From: a virus
Virus record (IMG/VR): IMGVR_UViG_3300008266_000015
Direction: 5' to 3' (one strand)
DNA length: 64,000 nucleotides
How positions within the stretch are numbered: the stretch's first letter is position 1; each line of letters begins with the position of its first letter. The notes under the pieces were generated by a model. That model saw nothing but the letters and a program-made list of their open reading frames with translations, was not told the DNA's origin and ran no database searches. Shown here one piece after another: positions 17,286-26,121 of the stretch. Both the position numbers and the translations under genes were made by a program.

Positions 17286-18478
17286 ATGAAAAACGAAAAA
17301 ACAGAACGCATTGAAAGTCTTATAGATCTATCAGCACTTGCTTGGTTCAATACAGCAGCAAACACAATTGTTGTGGATATGATGAATGAAGGATGGGAGT
17401 ATAGTGATGCAAGAGAATATCTATTTGATAAAATTGATGAAATCATTGAAGCACATAAAAGACAAGATCGATTGGAAAATAAATTCTCCCCACTAATTGG
17501 AAAAAAATGTATTGTAATTGATGAGGTAATAGAGAAAAATAATGTAAAAATACATACAATTAGTGGAATTGGAGAAAATGGTGGATTGTGTTTTGAAGAT
17601 TACAATGGGGAAACTATTTTTTGTTTTGAATATGATGAAGACTTATTTGTAGAAGGATACAAAGCATGGATTCATCCAGATGAAGTATCTATTCAACTAA
17701 TAGATTAGGATTACAAAGTTTACGTTCATTTATTTAAATAAAAAAATAAAGGTTATGAAAAAAACATCTCAATCAATAGATGGAACATCGTTCCACAATG
17801 TAGTAGTTAAATGTTCATTATCAACCCTAACAAAAGTATTAGGCAATCCCGATTGTTCAGGAAATGATGGTGAGAATAAGATCAATTTTGAATGGGAAAT
17901 GGAAACAAATGACGGAGATGTATTTACAGTATATGACTGGAAGGAATATAGATCATTGAATGAAAATGAACTAATCGAATGGCACATTGGTGGAACAAGT
18001 AGGAGTATAACTGAACAAGCCGCTCGTGAAATTAGGGATGCAATAGCAAAAATCTAAAGTGTTAGGATTACAAGATTTATAAACGTATATTTAATCAACT
18101 TAAAAAACATAACTTATGACTGAATTAGAAAATTTAAAAATCGAGCTATTTAATCTTGTTGAACGTGTTAGTGCGCTATCAACTAAAAATGAAGGAACAT
18201 TTTCATTCACAAAAGAACAACTACTAAGCTATTCAAAGTTTCTAATTGATGAAGCGGTTGAAAGCATAACAACCGGTATTAAAAATGATATAACTGAAGA
18301 TTCGTTAGATGAAGTAATTGAATTAGAAATGGGTTATAATAGAGATATACGAGTTACAATTGATGAAAGAGGATTCCATAGCCAAATAGTTTCAGTGATT
18401 GAAGATTCAGTTGATTCAAACATAGAGGATTCAGTTGCTAGCGCTTTGGAACATGTGTTTCCAACCACTCAAGATTAA
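17286..18478 (+). CDS. Three single-gene cassettes, hypothetical (17286-17708, 17755-18057, 18116-18478)
   Basis: Each is preceded by the promoter repeat and an A-rich leader. Confidence 0.7.
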
Positions 18479-18535
18479 AATAAATAAAAGGGTAGTTCAT
18501 TAGGACTACCCTATTTTTATTTGTATATTTACAGT

Positions 18536-18954
18536 ATGAAAGAAGATAAGAAGATAAATGGATTAAGTGAACGTCACATTGCACAAATAGTACGACGTAA
18601 AATGATTCAACGCTTCAAACCATCAGCAAAAGTATATAAACGCAACAAAAACAAAAACACAGAGCTATGAGACAACTAATCGGAAAATTTGAAGTAGTGG
18701 ATTCAATGGGGAATCTTAAGACACTAAAAGTATTTACAAACCGCGAAGAAGGTACTGTGGGGTTCTCCTTAACATCCAAATCAGGGACTTCGTTTTCAAT
18801 CAGCAATATGCAATGTGGATGGAGAGGACCACACCTACCTGATAACACATATGAATATCCAACTAACAAAGCACTAATGAAAGCAGTGAAAGAGGCTGTA
18901 AATGGAGGTGTTTGTAAAGTACAAGAAGAGAAATTATTTATTGATGTAATTTAA
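18536..18954 (+). CDS. Small basic 44-aa ORF (18536-18670, not in track) coupled to hypothetical 18667-18954
   Basis: ATG behind repeat 18501; ATGA overlap. Confidence 0.6.
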
Positions 18955-19185
18955 AAATAATGGTTATGAAAGAATTAATGTATAACCCAAGTACTGGTGA
19001 TTTATTAGCAACTAAAGCTAAAACAGATGGGAAAGTGTATCAAAGTTACTTAACTAAAGGATATATTAAAATTGGTTGGGTTGATGGGTTTAATGTAGTG
19101 GTTGGAGGAATTGGAGTTAAATTATAATTTATTAGGATTACAAGTTAAATTAATGTATATTCAATTAACTTAAAAAATAAAGATT

Positions 19186-19425
19186 ATGAAAGAAACACTT
19201 GAAGAAGCTGCTGAAGAATTTATAAAAGGTTGGGGTGGTTTAACTGACTCTAAAAATTCATTTATTGAAGGTGCTAAATGGCAAGCTGAAAGAATGTATA
19301 GTGAGGAAGATTTAATTAGTTTTGCACACTTTTATTTCACAGAAGAATTTAATTCAACAATGCAAACTTCTAAATCAACAGATAAAATTTTACAAGAATG
19401 GTTTGAACAATTTAAAAAGAAATAA
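19186..19425 (+). CDS. ETLEEAA-family modular protein, copy 3
   Basis: Shared constant blocks. Confidence 0.8.
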   Translation: MKETLEEAAEEFIKGWGGLTDSKNSFIEGAKWQAERMYSEEDLISFAHFYFTEEFNSTMQTSKSTDKILQEWFEQFKKK

Positions 19426-19426
19426 T

Positions 19427-20493
19427 ATGAAAGTATTTAGATTTACAACAGAGGTACAATCCATTAAAACAATACAATATATTATTGAAGCTGAAAATAA
19501 AGAAGAAGCAGCTAAAATACTCCAAAGCGGAAGTGAACGTGATGAAGGTGAAGAGATTGATGAAGATATCTATTGGGGAACAGAAACAATTATAGAAAGT
19601 AAACTAATTGAGGAACTATGAACGAACTAAAAATACATGGCTACTATCAGTGGTCCAATGCTTGTGGTTATGGAGTGATCCTTTCCGATTGTGGAGACTC
19701 AGCAAAGCTGGTACTTGAAAATCAATCAACAACTGATTGGTTAGAAATTGAATATGTTTTTAACGAGGACACTGATGGATTTGATCCAATCATTGATCCA
19801 AGTAGATACAACGTGCCTTTAAATTTGGTAATGCGAGCTTACTAGGACTACAAAGTTTATTACTGTATATTTAAACAACTTAAAAAACGTAAAAAGATGA
19901 AAAAATCAAATTCAAGTGTGTTTGTAAACACAACTATTACGAAACAATTCCCTAACGGACCAAAAGTAACTGCTGAATTTCAAACCATTGTTTGTTTGAA
20001 TAAAAGTGATGATTGGGTTATTGATTGTATTGAGCCAATGGATATTAATGAAATTGAAATGATGGGAAAAACAATCACCGATTATGAAAATAAACGTAAT
20101 ATAATTGAACATTTCAAATTAATGGGAGTTGATTTATGGGACGAAGTTGAAACGGATATGCAGAAAATCATTGATGCGAATAGTGATGCAGTTACGTTTG
20201 TAAAAGAACAAACCGGAATTATATTACCAACAAAACAAAGCAAACCAAATGATGTTGTTGAATTAACAAGACAGGAATTGGAATATGTAATAATTATGAA
20301 TGATCTAAAACAGCAATTCGGTTCATTAGGTTACTACAACGATAAACGAAAAACAACACGTCGCATCAAGATATATTCAGGTCCAAAAGAAGCAATTCAA
20401 AGATACATGTATAAAAAATATCCACATATCAAAACATATTTCAATGTTGGATATCCATGGTCAAGTGGATTATGTTTTAGGTTACCACTTTGA
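19427..20493 (+). CDS. Hypothetical genes 19427-19621 (start corrected), 19618-19845 and 19897-20493
   Basis: Coupled or repeat-preceded ORFs. Confidence 0.7.
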
Positions 20494-20500
20494 TAATAAT

Positions 20501-20524
20501 GGGGACGTAAACGTCCCCTTTTTT
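20501..20524 (+). terminator. Rho-independent terminator
   Basis: GGGGACG-TAAA-CGTCCCC-TTTTTT. Confidence 0.8.
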
Positions 20525-20730
20525 ATTTTACTAGGACTACAAGGTTTACATTCGTATATTTAAGTATAAGAAAAAAAAGATATGAAAACTAAAACGAAAC
20601 AACAGATACTAGCTGAGATGCTACAAAAAGAATTAAACTCAACAGAACAAATGTGGGAAGAAGGTAAATCACATGCCTTCATAATTGGATATTTAAAAGG
20701 TCTAATCAAAATAACCATTTCAGAACTAAA

Positions 20731-21039
20731 ATGATATATCTACCTATAGCAACTCAACATATCCCACCTGCCATTGCAAATACAAGTCAAGGTAGATACG
20801 CTATAATGGATGGTAAATGGTACGAAATTGGACAAACCATTACATTGGAGTTTGTTAGGAAACATTGGAAACCAAAACCAATTGAAACTAATTCAATTAA
20901 AACATTTGCTATTAAGAGCTCGAATGGAAAAGAACAGTACACCGTTACTGTGAATGGGAAATATTGGCAATGTAATTGTCCGAGTTGGAAAAACCCATGT
21001 AAACACATTGGTATAGCTAAAGCTCAAATTAAGGAATAG
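20731..21039 (+). CDS. SWIM zinc-finger protein
   Basis: YTV...WQCNCP....CKHI. Confidence 0.8.
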   Translation: MIYLPIATQHIPPAIANTSQGRYAIMDGKWYEIGQTITLEFVRKHWKPKPIETNSIKTFAIKSSNGKEQYTVTVNGKYWQCNCPSWKNPCKHIGIAKAQIKE

Positions 21040-21089
21040 GACTACAGAATTTACAGTTGTATATTTAAGTAAACGAAAAAATAAAAGTT

Positions 21090-22098
21090 ATGAAAAGCAA
21101 ATTCACTCAGGTTTCATCAAATGAAATCAAACTAGAATTAATCCATAATTATTTGACTCAATGTGATCGTTCATTTCTATTAATAGAGCAAAATAGAGGT
21201 GTGTATAGTATAGGTAGGGCTGTTCAACTATATCAGTTGGATGGGCTTAAGAAAGAACACATCAAGGAATTAGCGTGGACAAAGGATGATAATCATGGTG
21301 GAATGAGAGACTCAGATGCACACCATAAAGGACTCACAACATTAGATGGTTGTAAAAGTGTAGCATTGGATTATTTGGAAAAAATATTAGGAGTAGAAAT
21401 TGAATAGGATTACAAGTTAAACAGTTGTATATTTAATTAACTTAAAAAACAAAAGTTATGAAAACGACAGAACTAAAACAAGGATACTCAATCTTTGGGA
21501 ACAAAGGAAATGTATGGAGCAATACAGCTCATATCTACAAAAGTGGAACAGGGAACTTATGTGGTACACCTGCACTATCAAATAACTGGGCTAGGATTGA
21601 ACAAGTAGAGCATGTTGGATGTCCGGAATGTTTAGAAAAGTATAAATTAGAAAACTAAATATATGTACATAGCAATTAATAAAGCAAACCATTTGGAATT
21701 TCATAGTTTCGAATGGACGGAAGATGACAGGTTGATTGTGAATGGAGAAGAAGTAAAACCTGAAGAATGGGATATAGTAGAGGTATCAATGGTATATCAG
21801 GATTATTGTTGTTAAAAAAATAAAGGTTATGACAAGAAAACAATTCCACAAAGCAATCAACAAAGATGTATATGAATATATGAATCAACACTATCCCGAA
21901 TTCGACATTGATGATAGTGAAGGATATGGTCGTGTGTATTTTGTGGATACCACATCCTCTAAACCATGGGATGATAGTATAGAATACCATCAATCAAGAC
22001 ATGATTTGTGTACACTGAATGGAGCTAGTGATAAGGTAAAAGCCGTTGAGCAAGAACTTGAGAGTTGGATAAACGCTTTAATTAAACAATATCAATAG
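21090..22098 (+). CDS. Hypothetical cassettes 21090-21407, 21458-21658 (H..LCG..CPEC, metal-binding) and 21829-22098
   Basis: Repeat-delimited ORFs. Confidence 0.7.
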
Positions 22099-22148
22099 GA
22101 TTACAAGGTTTATAAGCGTATATTTAGTCAACCTAAAAAATAAAAGTT

Positions 22149-22373
22149 ATGAAAACAAATGTAAACTTAGAAATGTATCAAAACATTGATAGCATTTCAG
22201 AAAAACTAACAACAAGGATTACACAGTTAGAACTACTAATTGATGAATATTGTGAGAGATTCGTAACTTCACATGAAGATTTAGAACAAGTTACTAAATT
22301 CAACGAAATGTTAAATGACTTGTATGAGGATCTAGATTCAATTACTGAGGTTAAAAGCGTGTTATATAATTAA
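22149..22373 (+). CDS. Acidic helical protein, paralogue of 23649-23873
   Basis: MKTNVNLEMY...MLNDLYEDL...VLYN, same length. Confidence 0.75.
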   Translation: MKTNVNLEMYQNIDSISEKLTTRITQLELLIDEYCERFVTSHEDLEQVTKFNEMLNDLYEDLDSITEVKSVLYN

Positions 22374-22427
22374 TTAGGACTACAAATTAAACAGTTGTAT
22401 ATTTAATTAACTTAAAAAACATAAAAA

Positions 22428-23414
22428 ATGAAAATAACTAAAGCAAATAAGCTCCCCGGAACACAATATTTAGAACTATTAGATGTAGCAAAGTATTTAC
22501 GTGCAGTGTACGTTAGTGCCTTGACAGAAGTAGAAAAACAACATTACAGAAGAGTATATACTGAAGCTAGAACAAATGGATTACGTAGTAAAATGGTAGG
22601 TGCTACCTCGTTTAAAGCAATGGATAAGGTAATGAAAGTAGCTCAAAATGAATATCCACATTTGGACATTAAAATTGCAAAGAATAAACCAATGTATTCA
22701 TTTGCATTACATGGTGTTAATATATTTGTTAAAGTAAAAAAATAGGAATACCCTTTAATTAATCATATATTTAAGTAAACGAAAAAATAAGAGTTATGAA
22801 AATAAAAGACCTAATTAAACACCTCGAAACATTAGATCAAGAAAAAGAACTAGTTGTGATTGCAACGGACCCAACAGATTGGGACTATGGTTTAGTTGTA
22901 AATGAAACAACAATTAGATTGGAGGAGATCTGGCCTTCTGAGGAGAATGGATTAGAAGAAGAATTAGGTGAACCTGATTACCATCATGATAAAGGAATTG
23001 ATTGTTATGTTATTAGATTAGATTGTTAGGATTACAAAATAAACAATAGTATATTTAAATAAAAATAAGATATGACAATATTATTAATTTGGTTAGGTGG
23101 ATTTCTATTAGGAGCTGGGATCACATTATTTATTACAAACAAAAAGCAACAATAATATTCAGAATATGAAAATATATCAAGTATATAGTGGGGAAGAGGA
23201 TAAACATGGATTCCAGAGAGAATACTACATAGCAACATATGTTAGTAAGGAAAAAGCATTACAACATTGTGAACGTATAGTGGAGGAAACTCCATTGTAT
23301 GGGGATAAATTAGAGGAGGTAGAAGGGAGTTGGGGAAAATGTTGGGATGCTATTGGGTGGGGTAGAGTAACGATTTGTGCTTTATATGAGAGGGAAGTGA
23401 ATGTGGAGGTATGA
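22428..23414 (+). CDS. Hypothetical cassettes 22428-22745, 22796-23029 and 23166-23414
   Basis: Repeat-delimited ORFs. Confidence 0.7.
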
Positions 23415-23419
23415 CAAGT

Positions 23420-23580
23420 TCGTATATATGGATATATGGATATACGTATAGTTGGGAGTATGTGACCTAGGGATCAACGGGAATGGGGTGCAGGGATTGG
23501 GGAGACACAACCCCTTCCCACACCTCCCCACCCCACTTTGCATCGACAAAATATATATGTATATACAACGACACACGCAA
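23420..23580. other. Non-coding G-tract/C-tract element flanked by TATATA arrays
   Basis: GGG-AAT-GGGG-TGCA-GGG-ATT-GGGG (23479-23502), then CCCC-TT-CCC-ACACCT-CCCC-A-CCCC (23511-23534). Confidence 0.6.
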
Positions 23581-23648
23581 AATACAGTAAAACTTGCGGG
23601 GATTACATGGTTTTTTAACATATATTTAACTCAATAAATAAAGAAAAT

Positions 23649-23873
23649 ATGAAAACAGATGTTAATTTAGATATGTACAGAAACGTTGATATAATTTCAG
23701 CGGAACTAAAAATAGCTATTGATGCTCTTGAACAAGATGTTGATGATTTCTGTTCCAATTTTGTTAAAACACAAGAGGACTTGCAACTAGTTTCATTGTT
23801 CCAGTCCATGTTGAATGATTTATACAATGATTTGGAAAACATTAACAACATAAGAGGTGTATTATACAACTAG
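23649..23873 (+). CDS. Acidic helical protein, paralogue of 22149-22373
   Basis: MKTDVNLDMY...MLNDLYNDL...VLYN. Confidence 0.75.
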   Translation: MKTDVNLDMYRNVDIISAELKIAIDALEQDVDDFCSNFVKTQEDLQLVSLFQSMLNDLYNDLENINNIRGVLYN

Positions 23874-23950
23874 GAATACAAAAAATACGTTCGTATATTT
23901 ATCTCATAAGAAAAGCATTTAAAAACGTTTAATTAATTGATTAAGCATAT

Positions 23951-24023
23951 AGTCAGGTGGCGGAATGGATGGGCAACGTCAACTAATTAATAGATACAGG
24001 TTCGAATCCTGTCCTGACTACCA
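23951..24023 (+). ncRNA. tRNA-like element t6 (73 nt, encoded CCA, truncated anticodon arm)
   Basis: Same acceptor and T-arm, ends ACCA; only 16 nt between D-arm and T-arm; behind repeat 23871. Confidence 0.8.
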
Positions 24024-24470
24024 AATGTTGGCTGAAAAGTTAGGCTTTTGTTTCTATATAGGGAAGATGACTAAGAAACAGGAACTAGAGTCTATTAGAG
24101 GTACAATCATCAGTATATCTCTTACAACATTATATAGTTCTTTGCATTTTTACTTACCTTCACCATATGTATAATGGAACACAAAAGGGATCCTCACAGT
24201 AGGACAACGAGAAGTGAATGCTAGTCAGGACTGCTCTCAACCAAGTAGTGCTCAAAAACGCGCTCTTTACACATATTAGTTACAACAAAAGCATTAATGC
24301 ACCCGGAGTAATATACCGGTTTTTAAATTTTGACAAAAATGTTCCCGCCTCTAGTCGACCCAATTAGATGAGCAAATAACATGAGTTAATGATACAGCAA
24401 AACAATGTGAGTTAAATTTATACATAAAGCTGGTTGATAATTAGGTTGACTGGCTACCTTACTGTTCAAA
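24024..24470 (+). ncRNA. Candidate structured non-coding region C
   Basis: No credible ORF; AATGTTG/CAACATT, AGAGGTA/TATCTCT, CCGG/CCGG and AGTCGACCCAATTA/TAATTAGGTTGACT helices. Confidence 0.4.
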
Positions 24471-24529
24471 TACTAGGATTACATAACATATATTCGTATA
24501 TTTAAATAAACAAAAAAACAAAAACATCT

Positions 24530-24631
24530 ATGAAAAAAGCAATTCAGAGTCCAGTTATTTTAATTCCAACTTGGTTTATTACCATTTATTATGTTGGATT
24601 AGTATTAAGTATTATTTTTACTCAAAGTTAG
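24530..24631 (+). CDS. 33-aa membrane peptide (not in track)
   Basis: Behind repeat 24474; hydrophobic; stop is the TAG of repeat 24629. Confidence 0.55.
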   Translation: MKKAIQSPVILIPTWFITIYYVGLVLSIIFTQS

Positions 24632-24664
24632 GATTCCAGAATTTTAGTTCGTATATTAATTAAA

Positions 24665-24878
24665 TAAGTAACCGGCCCCAGTAACGGGGGATAAGTTAAA
24701 GTGAAAAGGACGGTTCAAACAGGGGAGCCATTTAGGGACAAGAGGATGAAATAAGCCCGCCCTCGGCTCACCCGATTTAAAGGTGGACATAATAGCCACC
24801 ACGCGAAGGCCGGCCAACTCATAGAGTCGTCGAGCCACTTAAACCATGGAGGTCCACAACGTTGGGCCTCCATTTATT
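24665..24878 (+). ncRNA. Candidate GC-rich structured ncRNA D with its own promoter and terminator
   Basis: Behind repeat 24629; CCCC/GGGG, GAGCC/GGCTC, GAGG/CCTC and GGTGG/CCACC helices; ends in an ATGGAGGTCCA/TGGGCCTCCAT hairpin plus TT. Confidence 0.65.
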
Positions 24879-24934
24879 TATTAGGATTACACGTTTTATA
24901 ATTGTATATTTAATTAACCTAAAAAATTAAAAAT

Positions 24935-25198
24935 ATGAAAACTAAAATAAATTGCTTCGGTCAAACAATTAAGATTAATTCCCAACAAGAACTAGTTGAG
25001 TTTCTGACTAATAATCCATTCAAAACAGAGAAACAAATATGTGCTGAACTATGGAATTCAGAACGAGAAAAAAAACATGCCGACCTGATTAGACGTGCTT
25101 TATTTAAGGGTACAATTGGTAGGGTTAGAGTTAAAACAGGAACTAGAAATAGAATTCATTACTATGTTTCGTCTGAGAGACAAACATATAATTTTTAA
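24935..25198 (+). CDS. Hypothetical protein, possibly winged-helix-like
   Basis: Single-gene cassette; basic. Confidence 0.6.
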   Translation: MKTKINCFGQTIKINSQQELVEFLTNNPFKTEKQICAELWNSEREKKHADLIRRALFKGTIGRVRVKTGTRNRIHYYVSSERQTYNF

Positions 25199-25256
25199 AA
25201 ATAATAGGATTACATATTAAATAACTGTATATTCAAGTAACTTAAAAAACATAAAT

Positions 25257-25430
25257 ATGAAAAAGATAGTTTTAATGATTATGACTGCATTGATGATATC
25301 TGCGGTTGCGAACGCAAATACAACAGATAGAAACAAGAAAAGAAAGAAACATAAAACACATAAAAGCAGCCATCATGGTTGGAAAAATGTTTCAATAGGG
25401 CGAACATGTAATAAGAAAAAACGTCATTAA
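25257..25430 (+). CDS. Small secreted basic peptide (not in track)
   Basis: MKKIVLMIMTALMISAVANA signal peptide then a K/R/H-rich tail; hairpin at 25460-25481. Confidence 0.55.
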   Translation: MKKIVLMIMTALMISAVANANTTDRNKKRKKHKTHKSSHHGWKNVSIGRTCNKKKRH

Positions 25431-25673
25431 GATTATTTATTAGTAGTAGTTTATTAATGGGGCGGATGCTTAAGTCCGCCCATTATTATTTTCAGTTACA
25501 ATATTAGGATTACAAGTTATATAGTTGTATATTTAAGTATAAGAAAAATAAATAATTCGTTCTTTAAATAAAAATAAGTAAAATAAATTAATTAGGATTA
25601 CAAGATATACAGTTGTATATTTAAAACATAATAAAAATAAATAATTAAAAACTAAAAACAAAAAATAAAGGTT

Positions 25674-26012
25674 ATGAAAAACGAAAATCAAAACATCGAA
25701 ACAAAACAATTAGGTAGACCTGTTAATCCGAATTCAGTTCGTCAACAACGATTAGCAGAGTTAGAAGCAAAACGTAATAACGGAGAGTTAAAACGAGGAC
25801 GTCCGGTAAACGGGACATCAGTACGTCAAGCTAGATTAGCTGAGTTAGCAGCGAAAGCTGAATTAAACGGAGGCGTTATTAAAAGAGGTCGTCCCTCAAA
25901 TGGCGAATCAGAACGTCAAAAACGATTAGCTGAGCGTGCTGCTAAAGCAGCGAGTGGAATTGAAATTAAACGCGGTCGACCAGCAATGGTTAAAGCAGAA
26001 GTTAGTAAGTAA
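25674..26012 (+). CDS. Multi-AT-hook DNA-binding protein
   Basis: Four GRP motifs (LGRP, then KRGRP x3) separated by SVRQ.RLAE helices. Confidence 0.75.
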   Translation: MKNENQNIETKQLGRPVNPNSVRQQRLAELEAKRNNGELKRGRPVNGTSVRQARLAELAAKAELNGGVIKRGRPSNGESERQKRLAERAAKAASGIEIKRGRPAMVKAEVSK

Positions 26013-26121
26013 GTTGTGTATGTTTTAAGTAATAGGGTAGTCCGTTAGGACTACCTTATTTTATCTCATATATTTAAATATAATAAAAAAAGATAATTTA
26101 AACTTTTAAAAACTTAAAACT

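Noticed and set aside
11723-19425. Diversity-generating retroelement behind the ETLEEAA variation
   Set aside because: Variable parts differ in length and are not adenine-specific variants; no reverse transcriptase is seen in this window.
23382-23637. ORFs 23452-23637(+) and 23382-23621(-)
   Set aside because: Chance frames across the G/C-tract element with atypical composition and no leader.
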